In this document: positions 18,460-28,989 of the stretch, piece by piece
Position numbering within the stretch: position 1 is the stretch's first letter
How the letters are laid out: each line of letters starts with the position of its first letter
Source of the DNA: an uncultured Nitrososphaerota archaeon
GTDB lineage: Archaea; Thermoproteota; Nitrososphaeria; Nitrososphaerales; CADDZS01
Assembly (NCBI GenBank): GCA_963799845.1
Contig: CAWCYI010000007.1
Location: 128,001 to 192,000, forward strand
Reading direction: 5' to 3'
Length of the DNA: 64,000 nt
Position numbers and translations under genes: made by a program
Notes under the pieces: model-generated
Told to the model about the DNA's origin: nothing
The model's database searches: none
The model's input: the letters and a program-made list of their open reading frames with translations, nothing else

Positions 18460-20142
18460 TCATTTGGAGGCCCTGATGATTTCGAGTTTTTCCTTCAGTT
18501 CCTCGGGCTTTACCTTCGAGAAGATGGGCTGCACTTCGTTCGCGACTATCGGCAGATCGTCCTCGAGGGAGATGTCATTCCACGCGGGTACTCCATCCGT
18601 CTTTTTGAAGATGCCAGCCTGCTTCGAGATTTTTAGCGATGCTTCCGGAATTATCGGATAAAGTTCCGAGGCGAGCAGTTTCATGGACGAAAGGGCGACA
18701 TACAGAATCTGCAGCGCTTTCTGCTTGTCCTGTTTGACTACCTTCCACGGTTCGGTCGAGCTGAGAAACCTGTTTGCTTCGTATCCCTGCGCCACTATGG
18801 CGCGACACGCAGACTGTAGCTCGACCTTCTCGAAGAGATTCCTGACATCGATGTGCCTATCCTGAGCTTCGACGACGAGTTTTGAGTATTCCTCGGGAAG
18901 GTCGTCGTAAACGAATTGAAAATTGTTATCGGCAAATCGTGTCACGCCGACGAGTGTCCTGTTCACGAAATTTCCTATCGTATCATTCAGGTCGTTGTTC
19001 ACTTTTTCTGAGAAGGACTCCCATCCGAAATTTACGTCCCCCGCCTCGGGACGGAGAGAGATTAACGCAAATCTCCAGTAATCAGCCGGGAGCAATTCGA
19101 GGGCCTCATCCGTCCAGATCCCCACCTTCCTGCTCTTCGAGAATTTCTGACCTTCGAAGTTCAGAAACTCCGTCGAGCTGATAAGATTGGGTTCATTGTA
19201 ATCCCGACCGGATGCCCTCAGCAACGATGGCAGTATGATCGCGTGGAACGGGATGTTGTCCTTCCCGATGAAAAACGAAGTCTTCGTGGAAGAATCGAGC
19301 CAGTATTCCTTCCAGACTTGCGGAGTACCTTTTCTCTCGAAGTACTCGATGACCGCGGAAACGTAACCAAGAACGGCGTCCATCCAAACGTAGATTGTCT
19401 TGTCTTCGGCCCCGGGGAACGGAGCCTTGATTCCCCACTTTGAATCGCGAGTTATTGACCTCGGTCGCAGGCCGTCCTTGATCCATCCCTTGCAGAATTT
19501 TATTACGTTCGTCGAAAGCTCGGCCCGGGCAAGAAAGTCCGAAATATAGTCAGACATTTTCGGGAGATCGAAAAACCACTGCTTTGTTTCTCTTAATTCG
19601 GTCGGATTCTTGCAGATCACGCAGTACGCTTTGATGAGTAGGTCAGCATCGAGCGGCCTCCCGCAGTTGTCGCACTGATCGCCCCGGGCCCGCTCGTAAC
19701 CGCAGTAGGGGCAGGTTCCCTCGACGAACCGATCGGGCAGGAAGCGATCATCGTGAGTGCAGTAATGGATCCTCTCAACCTGCGTGAAAATGTATGAATC
19801 GTTATTGTAAATCTCCATGTACAATTCTCGCGTAAACTTCCAGTGGGCTTCCGAATCGGTTCTGGTGTAATTGTCGTAAGAAATATTCCATCTTCTGAAA
19901 ATGTCGGAGATTCCCTGATGATTTTGATCTGCGAGTTCTCTTACGGGTATTTTTCGCTTTAGAGCCTCTACTTCAAGCGGAGTGCCGTGCTCGTCAGAAC
20001 CCGAAACGAAGACCACCTCATTGCCGATCAACCTGTTGAACCTCGCGAAAACGTCAGCGGACAGGACGGATCCGATCATATTACCCAGATGCGGGATGTC
20101 GGAGGAATATGGCCACGCGGAGGTGACGACCCATTTTGCCAT
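18460..20142 (-). CDS. metG: Methionine--tRNA ligase (catalytic core)
   Basis: TSAWPY..PHLGN (HIGH), GSDEHGTP, Zn knuckles, YVWMDA, GKDNIPFH, KFSKS. Confidence 0.97.
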   Translation of the reverse strand: MAKWVVTSAWPYSSDIPHLGNMIGSVLSADVFARFNRLIGNEVVFVSGSDEHGTPLEVEALKRKIPVRELADQNHQGISDIFRRWNISYDNYTRTDSEAHWKFTRELYMEIYNNDSYIFTQVERIHYCTHDDRFLPDRFVEGTCPYCGYERARGDQCDNCGRPLDADLLIKAYCVICKNPTELRETKQWFFDLPKMSDYISDFLARAELSTNVIKFCKGWIKDGLRPRSITRDSKWGIKAPFPGAEDKTIYVWMDAVLGYVSAVIEYFERKGTPQVWKEYWLDSSTKTSFFIGKDNIPFHAIILPSLLRASGRDYNEPNLISSTEFLNFEGQKFSKSRKVGIWTDEALELLPADYWRFALISLRPEAGDVNFGWESFSEKVNNDLNDTIGNFVNRTLVGVTRFADNNFQFVYDDLPEEYSKLVVEAQDRHIDVRNLFEKVELQSACRAIVAQGYEANRFLSSTEPWKVVKQDKQKALQILYVALSSMKLLASELYPIIPEASLKISKQAGIFKKTDGVPAWNDISLEDDLPIVANEVQPIFSKVKPEELKEKLEIIRASK

Positions 20143-20270
20143 GATAGTGCATGCTCGTTTTGTCGATTCTTGGAATGTTAAGAGACCTTTTTCCCTTGAT
20201 TCTAATAATACTATACCTTAATGTCCTAACGATATTTCCGAATGGAACGAACCTCAGAGGGAAGAAAGAA

Positions 20271-21540
20271 TCATTGTCGAGTGAAGGATTGCGAATAACG
20301 CTTCTGTCTTTCAGTCAGCTTGTCTATTTTGAGATCGAATCCTTTCAGACAATAATTTGTTACGAGTTGGTCGATTTCTTCGGGGAACAAGAGCAGTTTA
20401 GATTTTTTCGTTTGAAGCTCTTTGCGATGAACCAGTAAATAGTAAATCGATAGAAGTTGGTTTGCAAACGAGATCTGCATTATCTCGGGGGGATGCCCAT
20501 CTGCTGCGACCAGATTGATAACTCGCCCCTGACATAACAGATAAAGTGACTTGCCCTTCAGATCTATCTTCGTGATATTTCTCCGGACGTTTTCGATTTT
20601 GTTTCCAATTCGATATAGATCGGCCGCGTCGATTTCCTGATCAAAATGTCCGACATTTCCCATAATAGCTCCGTCCTTCATCAGTCTGAAGTGCTCAGAG
20701 CCGAGGATACGAATTTGACCCGTACAGGTCAGGAAAACATCTCCGATTTTTGCAGCCTCCATCATCGGCTTAACTTGAAAACCGTCCAGCTTTGCTTCAA
20801 GCGCCTTCAATGCGTCTACTTCCGTAATGATAGTATTCGCGCCCAGTCCTCTCGCTCGCTCCGCAACGCCCCTGCCGACCCACCCATAGCCTGCTATGAC
20901 AGCAGTCTTGCCTGCGAGGAGGAGCCCGGTTGCTCTCATAAGCCCATCAATCGCGCTTTGACCAGTGCCGTACTTGTTGTCGAAGATGTGTTTTGTCCTT
21001 GCCTCGTTAACGGGTATCGCGGGATACCTTAACTTTCCTTTTCCGTCCAGAGCCTCTCAGTCGCAAAGTTCCTGATGTGGTCTCATCGGTACCACCAATG
21101 CAGCTTTTTGAATTTGCAGTGGCATAAGCAACGTGAAGCTCCCCACCATCGTCGATGATCAGGTCAGGTTTCGACGTTGCAGCAGATCTGATGTGCTCAA
21201 TGTATTCGCTTGAGGTTTCATCGCTCCGAGCGGAGACGGATACGCCTTCAGTTTTCAGAAAGGCCGCGATATCATCCTGGCTAGATAACGGATTTGCCGC
21301 CACTAGATTAATTTCGAGTCCAAACGAGCGCAGAGAGCTAATCAGAACCGCGGTCTCTTTTGAAACGTGAAGGCAAGCGGCAAGACGTAATCCTTGGAAT
21401 GGGTTTTTTCTGGAAAGCAATTGGGATCGCAAATAATCTTCCGCGAGACGGAATACCGGCATGTGGGATTCCGCCCATTCGAACGAGGCCTTTCCTAATT
21501 CGACGCGATCGTCGGCTTCGGTTGACAATTGGCATCGCAA
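20271..21540 (-). CDS. ahcY: Adenosylhomocysteinase with one apparent +1 frameshift at 21051-21055
   Basis: 5' part CLHVSKETA, NPLSSQD, IDDGG, DETTSG; 3' part KHIFDNKYGTGQS, GYGWVGRG, GHFDQEID, DGHPPEIM. Removing one base (AGCCT to AGCT on the + strand) restores LRLRALDGKGKLRYPAIPVNEA. Confidence 0.92.
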
Positions 21541-21677
21541 ACTAACACAGTGCTATTAAGAATACCAAAAGGGGGAACATCACTAGTTAGTTTGTAAATG
21601 GAGATTCAACCCCAAGATCTTGTTGCACTCTAACATTCGTAATTGATAAAAGTAGAAGCCGCGTTTGACGCGTTGAC

Positions 21678-21926
21678 ATGTCCGACGAACCCGAACTCCA
21701 GAAGACTTTGAAAAGACTGACTTGGCAGTACGAGAACTGCCTCTCGTGCGTATTTTTTCATCCGAATGATGTGCTCAACGCCGATCTTTTCGAAAGAGGC
21801 ATGTGCACCCACCCGAAGATGAAGCCCCTCGAACTACTCGTTTCCGGTCGGGATTGGTGCAATCTATTCAAGGAAATCCCGCAGAACACAATCGATGCCC
21901 TGCAGGCGCACGCATCGAAGGGATGA
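21678..21926 (+). CDS. Small 4-Cys protein with HiPIP-like Fe-S motif, no signal peptide
   Basis: NCLSCVFF-x12-RGMC-x11-VSGRDWCNLF. Confidence 0.6.
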   Translation: MSDEPELQKTLKRLTWQYENCLSCVFFHPNDVLNADLFERGMCTHPKMKPLELLVSGRDWCNLFKEIPQNTIDALQAHASKG

Positions 21927-21930
21927 TGGA

Positions 21931-22476
21931 TCATTTGTCGTAGTGGACTAGCGAAACCAAGTCGTATTTCTCGAGTTTGTCTCTCCCCTTCAGAAAGTCT
22001 AGCTCGACAAGAAAAGCCAGCCCGGCGACTCTCCCTCCCATTTTTTCCACGAGCTTAGCCGTCGCCTCCGCTGTTCCCCCAGTTGCGAGCAGATCGTCCA
22101 CGATAGCGATCCGCTGGCCATTCTTGATCGCGTCGCTGTGCATCTCCACCAATTCCGTGCCGTATTCGAGCGAATACTGGACAGACAATTTTTTGAAAGG
22201 AAGTTTTCCCCTTTTTCTAGCGGGGACGAAACCTGTCCTTAACTTGTAGGCGATCGGCGCCCCGATTATGAAACCGCGGGCTTCAACTCCAACTACTGCG
22301 TCGATTCTCTTCTTGGCAAAATGCCTCGTTAGAACGTCTATTACGGATCTAAATGCATCGGCGTCCATAAGGAGCGTCGTGATATCTATGAAATTGACTC
22401 CTCTTTTCGGCCAGTTAGGGATTACCCGGAGTTTGGCCTTGAGATATGATTCTGTAGAATGTCGACTTTTCTGCAC
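21931..22476 (-). CDS. apt: Adenine phosphoribosyltransferase
   Basis: WPKRGVNFIDIT, EARGF, ARKRGKLP, YSLEYG, VDDLLATGGT. Confidence 0.95.
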   Translation of the reverse strand: MQKSRHSTESYLKAKLRVIPNWPKRGVNFIDITTLLMDADAFRSVIDVLTRHFAKKRIDAVVGVEARGFIIGAPIAYKLRTGFVPARKRGKLPFKKLSVQYSLEYGTELVEMHSDAIKNGQRIAIVDDLLATGGTAEATAKLVEKMGGRVAGLAFLVELDFLKGRDKLEKYDLVSLVHYDK

Positions 22477-22522
22477 GCGAGTCCGCTTTCTGACCTTGTA
22501 TCTAAGAATTAAGACCGGACTA

Positions 22523-23332
22523 TCAAATCATTGCGCCTGAGAGAGCTCGGCCGCAGTCGCACGTTCTCACCTCTGGAAGCGAATCAATCGCACTCAGGAC
22601 AAGCCTCTTTGCGTTCTCCGCATTTTTTCGCATGGTCTCGGAAACTTCTGCCGCCGTCACGGGCTTGTCAGCCCAAACATCGTAGTCAGTAACCATCGAG
22701 ATCGACGCATAACAGATCTGCGCCTCCCGGGCCAAGATGCATTCTGGATATAGGGTCATCCCCACAATGTCTGCTCCCCATTGACGGAATAACTTGGATT
22801 CAGATCGCGTCGAGAATCTCGGGCCTTCAATACAGACATAAGTCGCCTCTCCGCTAGCCTCGATCGCCATTTTCATCGCTGACTCGGAGAGAACTCTTCT
22901 GATCTGGGAGCAGAACGGATCTGCCGAGGAGACATGGGCAACCTGGGCCCCATCGAAAAAAGTATCCGCCCGATTCTTCGTCCTGTCGATGAACTGGTCT
23001 GGAAATACAAACCCACCCGGCTTCAGGTTTTCCCGAAGACTACCGACTGATGAAACGCTGATGATTCTTTCTACCCCAATTTGTTTTAGAGCATAGATGT
23101 TGGCGCGATAGTTGATTCCGTGCGGTGGAATGGAGTGATCCCTACCGTGTCTCGGGATGAACGCGACACTTTTTCCGTTGTGCCGTCCGATTGACAAAAA
23201 CGGAGACGGAGAGCCGTACGGCGTTGAAACTTTGACATCCTTTGAGTCATGAAAAAGCTTCGGGTCGTAGACTCCGGTTCCCCCGATGATTGCAAGTTTC
23301 GCAGTCTCTCTCGGCGGATCGACTAGACTCAT
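22523..23332 (-). CDS. mtnP: S-methyl-5'-thioadenosine phosphorylase
   Basis: IIGGTG, PRHG..H..PPH.INYRANI, EGPRFSTRSES, GMT, TDYDVW. Confidence 0.93.
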   Translation of the reverse strand: MSLVDPPRETAKLAIIGGTGVYDPKLFHDSKDVKVSTPYGSPSPFLSIGRHNGKSVAFIPRHGRDHSIPPHGINYRANIYALKQIGVERIISVSSVGSLRENLKPGGFVFPDQFIDRTKNRADTFFDGAQVAHVSSADPFCSQIRRVLSESAMKMAIEASGEATYVCIEGPRFSTRSESKLFRQWGADIVGMTLYPECILAREAQICYASISMVTDYDVWADKPVTAAEVSETMRKNAENAKRLVLSAIDSLPEVRTCDCGRALSGAMI

Positions 23333-23470
23333 AATTCTAATTGCAGCTCGATTCCTTTGTAAAACACTTTAGAATTACCGGTTTACTTATATTGGAAATT
23401 CGACCTGATTCAATGGGCCCTAGCTGGTTTCATTCGGATAAGAAAGCATGGAGAAGGGATTGAATTCGAT

Positions 23471-23785
23471 TTGTCAATCGATAAACAATACATCGCGCGA
23501 ACCATAAAGTGGCAAAACACGATTCTCCTAAACATCTGCGACGAGGAATTGCTCGGAACCACTGTGAAGGGAGGCAAGGTGGAAATGGAGATTTCTCGCG
23601 ATTATTTCGGAGGCGACAAGGTCAGCGAGGATCAAGCCATCAATCTCGTGAGGGTATCGAGCATAATCAATCTTGCAGGTACCAGGATCGTGGAGAAAGT
23701 ATTGGACAAGAAACTGGCTTCGGAACGGGCAGTCAAGAAAGTTGGTCCCGTTTCCTTCCTTATGATCTACAAATTCTCAAACTAA
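23471..23785 (+). CDS. DUF424 family protein
   Basis: LNICDEELLG ... YFGG ... INLAG..IV. Confidence 0.8.
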   Translation: MSIDKQYIARTIKWQNTILLNICDEELLGTTVKGGKVEMEISRDYFGGDKVSEDQAINLVRVSSIINLAGTRIVEKVLDKKLASERAVKKVGPVSFLMIYKFSN

Positions 23786-24124
23786 TCCTGATTTGACGGG
23801 ATACTGGATTGCGAGCTATCGCGAGTTTTTCCGAATTTTCACCTCGTTGATAGTTATGTCGACCGGGAAGAACCTGAGGCTCGTCTTTCAATAAATTGTG
23901 TTATTTTGCATTGAAGGGCTCAAAGTCCCTCAATTTGTCTATGGACCTCTGTGTCTATTTCAAATAGGAGCGATCATTCCTTTATTAAAAAATAAACTTT
24001 CGAAATTCATACTACCTATAGGTCGATCGAAGACAATATCGATGACTTCGGCCTTTTCTTGATCAAACCACATGAGTTGTATAGACTAGAAGTATCCTCG
24101 TAGTAACCCTTTTTCCTTTGAACG

Positions 24125-25012
24125 TTGATTATCGAGGTTAAGGTTCGGATATTTTCGATTTTGAAGTACGTGCGAGAAAGAGACGAAGCCGGGGAAGCTG
24201 ACCTCCAGAAGTTCCACAGGGAGGCGGAAAGAGTCGACAAGAGAGACAGAGTGATTCTGAAGAATGAAGAAGAGCGATCTGTCTTCGAAGAAGTTTTTGA
24301 TCGAAAAACCCTGATGATACTTTACGATCTTTCGAATAACAACGCTTTTTCCTATCTGAACGGGGTAATAAGCTCAGGCAAGGAAGCAAGAGTCTACTGG
24401 GGTGTTAAATCAGACGGAACCGATGTCGCTGTCAAAATCTATCTTGTCGCGTCATCCGATTACAAGAAACGAATGCAGTACGTCGAGGGAGACCCCAGAT
24501 TTAACAAGATTCGCAGAGACAGTAGAGGAATCGCCGAACTGTGGGCTCGGAAGGAGTACATTAACTTGAAACAGGCTTTTGATGCGGGAGCTCCGGTACC
24601 ACAACCCCTGAACTTTCAGGGTAATGTCGTCGTGATGCAGTTTATTGGAACCGGCGGGATACCAGCTCCCCGCCTGATTGATGCTAAAGCCACCAAGGCC
24701 GATTACAAAGTAGTTATCCGCTCGATGCAGTTGATTTACCAGAAGGCCGAGCTAGTCCACTCTGACCTATCGGAATATAACATAATGAAGCTGGATGGAA
24801 AGATCATTCTCTTTGATTTTGGTTCAGCCGTCTCTACCAGACATCCATCTGCAGAGGAATTTCTGAAGCGGGACATCACCAACGTAAACAAGTTCTTTGA
24901 GAAACGTGGGATTCGGGTTGATGACGAAGCGAAACTCCTAGCCAGAATTCAGGGAAGCTCTAAGAATAAGGAGGAGAAATTCGATCTTGAAGAGGAGAAT
25001 TTGAGAATTTGA
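24125..25012 (+). CDS. rio1: RIO1 family Ser/Thr kinase (true start probably slightly downstream)
   Basis: ISSGKEARVY, AVKIY, YVEGDPRF, WARKEY, LVHSDLSEYNI, FDFGSAV. Confidence 0.93.
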   Translation: MIIEVKVRIFSILKYVRERDEAGEADLQKFHREAERVDKRDRVILKNEEERSVFEEVFDRKTLMILYDLSNNNAFSYLNGVISSGKEARVYWGVKSDGTDVAVKIYLVASSDYKKRMQYVEGDPRFNKIRRDSRGIAELWARKEYINLKQAFDAGAPVPQPLNFQGNVVVMQFIGTGGIPAPRLIDAKATKADYKVVIRSMQLIYQKAELVHSDLSEYNIMKLDGKIILFDFGSAVSTRHPSAEEFLKRDITNVNKFFEKRGIRVDDEAKLLARIQGSSKNKEEKFDLEEENLRI

Positions 25013-25590
25013 GCTCTGAACAAGTTGTCAGAGTCCCACTGGAAAGAGTGGGAGCTCTCGTCGGGAAGGAGGGCGTCGTGAAAACCGAAATCGAAAGAAG
25101 GTGCGGAGTAACGCTTGAAATTGATGGCAAGACCGGCGAGGCGAGGATCAGTTACCAGCCGGAAGCCTTGATCGAAGCTAATCCTTTCAAGGCATACGAC
25201 ATTGTTTCCGCGATAGCTAGAGGCTTTTCCCCTCAGCGGGCATTCTCGCTGCTTCAGGAGGAACGGATTTTGACGCTGATAGATCTGAGGGAATATGCGG
25301 GCAAATCCGAAAATGCAATGATCAGAATTCGCAGTCGACTTATCGGAACAGAGGGAAAGGCTAGGAAGATAATAGAACAGCTCACCCAGTCGGAAATTTC
25401 GATCTACGGACATACAGTGGCGATAATAGGAGATCCGGAGGAGTCGAAGATAGCGAAGGAAGCCATCGATAAGCTCGCCAAGGGCGGAACTCACAAATCG
25501 ACGTACGAGATGCTCCAAAAGTACAGGACGAAACAAAAACTCGACCGGATGCAGCTCTGGGAAGCTCAGAGACCTCCGGAAGAAAATTAA
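25009..25590 (+). CDS. KH-domain pre-rRNA processing protein (Dim2/Pno1)
   Basis: RVGALVGKEG, AIARGF, RLIGTEGKAR; conserved position after rio1. Confidence 0.92.
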   Translation: MSSEQVVRVPLERVGALVGKEGVVKTEIERRCGVTLEIDGKTGEARISYQPEALIEANPFKAYDIVSAIARGFSPQRAFSLLQEERILTLIDLREYAGKSENAMIRIRSRLIGTEGKARKIIEQLTQSEISIYGHTVAIIGDPEESKIAKEAIDKLAKGGTHKSTYEMLQKYRTKQKLDRMQLWEAQRPPEEN

Positions 25591-25707
25591 AACTCAATTT
25601 TCGCCAGGAAAGAGCGGGAATATTTTTATCAGACGCCAATAGAGCCTCTGCGTCGTCCTGTTGTTTTGTCTTATCAGAGAAAATTTCGAGGTTAGTTCGG
25701 AGTATGT

Positions 25708-27387
25708 TTGAAATTGGTTGCTAATCAGCAGAAGGTTACTTACTCGGAAATTTCTCCGAGCGAATTTTTCTATCGCAATCGCGATCTCGCCGGTTTCAGC
25801 AATCCGTCAAGGGCTCTCTACACATCAGTCAGAGAGCTGGTCGAAAACAGTCTGGATGCCTGCGAGCAGTTTTCGATTCTTCCTGAGATTACTGTAAAGA
25901 TTGAGTTAGCGCCGGAAGGCACGAAAGCTGGGGAGCAGGTAGCCTACGTGCTTACGGTCAAGGACAACGGCCCCGGGATTGAGGCAAAGCACCTCCCCAA
26001 CGCGTTTGGAAGAGTCTTTTACGGCTCAAAATACAAGCTGAAGCAGTCGCGCGGGATGTTCGGGATGGGCGGGACGATGGCGATTCTTTACGCCCAGATC
26101 ACGACCAATAGGCCAGTCACTATTTCTTCGTGTTCTGACGGTAAAACCAGTCACGTCTTGGACATGCTGATTGACATCCAGGAGAACAAGCCGGTGATTC
26201 TGAAGCACGACACGCAACCCTCGGATGGAACCGGGACGTCGGTTCAGCTGACTCTGATGGGCGACTATTTCCGAGCCGGGCAGAAAATTCAGGACTATTT
26301 CAAGCAAACAGCCCTGGTTACTCCGTACGCGAACATCAATCTGATCGATCCCGAAACAAATGTCATTTCGTATCACAGAGGTACGAATGCAGTACCCCCG
26401 CCGCCCGCCGAGACCTTACCACATCCCTACGGTATCGATGTTGAGGCGCTCCGTCGTTTGATCAAACAAACAATCGATCCGAATCTGGTAAAGTTCATGA
26501 CAAATAATTTCCACAGGGTTGGTGAGAGAACCGCCGAGAAATTTCTAGCGTTTGCTGGCTTTGAGAAATCGAGAAAACCCAAGACTCTTGGAAATGAAGA
26601 CGTCGTAACTTTTGTGAACGCGCTGCACCAATTTGACGAGTTTCTTTCGCCGGACGCGTCCTGCCTTTCTCCTCTGGGTGAGGAAATTATGCAGGCAGGC
26701 ATCATGAAGGAGCTCGCCCCCGAATTCGTGGCGATGTGCGTCAGACCGCCCTCGGCTTACTCGGGTTTCCCGTTCATCGTAGAGGTTGGACTGGCTTATG
26801 GTGGAAGCTTGATTGAACCAGGAATCAGGTTGCTTCGCTTCGCCAACAGAATCCCGCTTCTGTATGATGAGGCTAACGATGTTGCTTACCGTATAATAAA
26901 GGAGGAGATAGACTGGAAACGGTACAAGATTCCTCAGGATGCGCCGATTGCAATAATCACGCACGTTTGTTCCACTAAAGTGCCCTACAAGACCGTGGGG
27001 AAAGAGTACCTTGCCGACCGGCCAGAACTTGAAAGGGAGATAAAGAACGCCTCGAGGGAAGTGCTTCGGAAACTCGCGACCTATGTTTCGAAAAAGGGCT
27101 CGATGGAATTCCAGAAGAAGAGAATGAATATTTACGGAAAGTACTTGCCTTTGATCGCGAAATTTTCGACTGAGCTCTCGGGTAACAAAAAACCTCCAAG
27201 CTACAAGAAACTGCTTGGAAACGAAGTCGCAATAGAACCTGGCTCTGAATCAGAGCAGGCGATAAGCGATGAGACTGCAAAGGAAGTGGCTGACACCGTA
27301 GCGAAGGATCAAGAATCGCGATCGAAAAAGAAGGTAAAGGTTGAAAATGACCAGCAAAGCCTCGAAGAATTTGGCGACAGCTCGTAG
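25708..27387 (+). CDS. top6B: DNA topoisomerase VI subunit B
   Basis: SPSEFF, ELVENSLDA, DNGPGI, GSKY..QSRG.FG.G, RFANRIPLLY, STKVPYK. Confidence 0.97.
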   Translation: MKLVANQQKVTYSEISPSEFFYRNRDLAGFSNPSRALYTSVRELVENSLDACEQFSILPEITVKIELAPEGTKAGEQVAYVLTVKDNGPGIEAKHLPNAFGRVFYGSKYKLKQSRGMFGMGGTMAILYAQITTNRPVTISSCSDGKTSHVLDMLIDIQENKPVILKHDTQPSDGTGTSVQLTLMGDYFRAGQKIQDYFKQTALVTPYANINLIDPETNVISYHRGTNAVPPPPAETLPHPYGIDVEALRRLIKQTIDPNLVKFMTNNFHRVGERTAEKFLAFAGFEKSRKPKTLGNEDVVTFVNALHQFDEFLSPDASCLSPLGEEIMQAGIMKELAPEFVAMCVRPPSAYSGFPFIVEVGLAYGGSLIEPGIRLLRFANRIPLLYDEANDVAYRIIKEEIDWKRYKIPQDAPIAIITHVCSTKVPYKTVGKEYLADRPELEREIKNASREVLRKLATYVSKKGSMEFQKKRMNIYGKYLPLIAKFSTELSGNKKPPSYKKLLGNEVAIEPGSESEQAISDETAKEVADTVAKDQESRSKKKVKVENDQQSLEEFGDSS

Positions 27388-28444
27388 GGAACAGCTCCTC
27401 AAAGAGTTGAAAGATCTCGGTACGAAGACATACCAAGATCTCGACCAGTCGAAGTTTCCGGAGTTCCTCTTCCCAAGCAGATCTGTCAGCAACATCGTCT
27501 ACGATCCGAAGCTGAAGCAGTATATTCTCGACAAAGTTAACGTCAAGCGATCCGCCGGAAACATCAAGCACATTCGTCCGTTTACCCAGATGCTCTGGCT
27601 AGCGTACTTCGCAGACAGGTTGGTCGAGCAGGGAAAGACGAGCACTCTCAGGGATGCGTACTACTCGTCTCAAGCGGATGCCATGGAGTTTGTCGACCAG
27701 GCAGAGTCAGACGAAATCATCACTGACCTTGAAACCGTGCTTTCGAGGGCTAGAGAAGAGTTCAAGATTTACCCAGAAGAGCGAAGTGCCATTTTTGGCG
27801 ACCTTACGATTGAATATACTGTCCCGCGATTTGAGGGTCGGCGCCTAAATCTTTCGTCTCATCCAGACGGATACTTAATCGGCCCCTCGCTCAGCACGGC
27901 AGAGTTCGTCGACACCTCGGCCGAAATGATCATCGCCGTAGAGAAGGGAGGAATATTCACCAGATTTGTGGAAGAACAAGTCGAGAAAAAGTACAAGGCG
28001 ATCCTCATCGACACTTCCGGCCAGGCTCCGAGATCCACGAGATACATGTTGAAGCGGTTGAACAAGGAGTTAAATCTCCCCGTTTATGTTATGACCGATG
28101 GCGACGTATACGGAGAGCATATTGCGATGGTGATAATTAGCGGAAGCGCCAATGCGGCTCACCTTCGAGACCTGACGGTTCCAACGGCAAAATGGATCGG
28201 AGTCTGGGCGAGCGATATCGTGAAGTACAAACTGCCGACCGACAAGATGACCGAAGCGGACGTAAAGAGAGCTCAGGAGCTAAAGAAAGATCCGAGATAT
28301 CACGGCGGAGTCTGGCAGAGAGAGCTCGACATTTTCCTCAAGATTAAGCGAAAGAGTGAGCTTGAAGCGTTCTCGAAATACGGACTTACTTTCATAGTGG
28401 ACAATTACCTGAAAGAGAAGATGGAAGAAGCCAAGTCGCTCTAG
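27347..28444 (+). CDS. top6A: DNA topoisomerase VI subunit A
   Basis: TLRDAYY (catalytic Tyr), VEKGG, TSGQAPR, TDGDVYG TOPRIM motif, KSELEA. Confidence 0.97.
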   Translation: MTSKASKNLATARREQLLKELKDLGTKTYQDLDQSKFPEFLFPSRSVSNIVYDPKLKQYILDKVNVKRSAGNIKHIRPFTQMLWLAYFADRLVEQGKTSTLRDAYYSSQADAMEFVDQAESDEIITDLETVLSRAREEFKIYPEERSAIFGDLTIEYTVPRFEGRRLNLSSHPDGYLIGPSLSTAEFVDTSAEMIIAVEKGGIFTRFVEEQVEKKYKAILIDTSGQAPRSTRYMLKRLNKELNLPVYVMTDGDVYGEHIAMVIISGSANAAHLRDLTVPTAKWIGVWASDIVKYKLPTDKMTEADVKRAQELKKDPRYHGGVWQRELDIFLKIKRKSELEAFSKYGLTFIVDNYLKEKMEEAKSL

Positions 28445-28671
28445 TACTTTCGATTTCACGAAAATAGAACACTACAAAGATTACGACGGCGCAAAAATCT
28501 TGGCCGCGCTGTTTGACTAGATATCACTGCTTTATTCCAAGACTCCCCCACATTTTTATGCCGAAAAATGAAAAATGCGGTAACAGGAATCCTACTCATA
28601 AATTAGGAAAATGTTATTATGGTTGAATCTAGGATACAGGAAATAATCGCGTTTCTGGAAGTTCAAGAGTC

Positions 28672-28875
28672 ATGTCGAAGGCACTTAGCACCTCACAGCA
28701 GCGTATTAGCGCCCTGTTGCGCGTTATAGCGCTAGTTTGCATCTTGCTCGGAGGAGTTTTCGCCTATGATATTTACCAGACAACTTTGATTCCACAGCTG
28801 GTCCCGATCTTCTATTTCATGGCTGCTCTGATGATTTTTGTTGGAGCAGTTGTCTTAATAGCCCGCTTCGATTAA
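28672..28875 (+). CDS. Small two-TM membrane protein
   Basis: Two hydrophobic segments in 67 aa, ATG start. Confidence 0.6.
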   Translation: MSKALSTSQQRISALLRVIALVCILLGGVFAYDIYQTTLIPQLVPIFYFMAALMIFVGAVVLIARFD

Positions 28876-28951
28876 TTCCGGTTGCGTGCCTAATCCTTTG
28901 CGTTGCACTTCGTCTTGATGTTGTGTATACTCTTCATTACACCGATCAACT

Positions 28952-28966
28952 CCAAAGTTTAAAGCC
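28952..28966 (+). promoter_or_regulatory. Probable BRE/TATA promoter of rps26e (near-leaderless)
   Basis: CCAAAG-TTTAAA with TTTAAA at 28958-28963, about 27 bp before the ATG at 28990. Confidence 0.5.
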
Positions 28967-28989
28967 AAGCGATTGCAACTAACATTATC

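Noticed and set aside
24949-27571. Long antisense ORFs (24949-25536, 26975-27571; also 55466-56002, 59021-59548)
   Set aside because: Shadow ORFs opposite well-supported genes, with no recognisable motifs.
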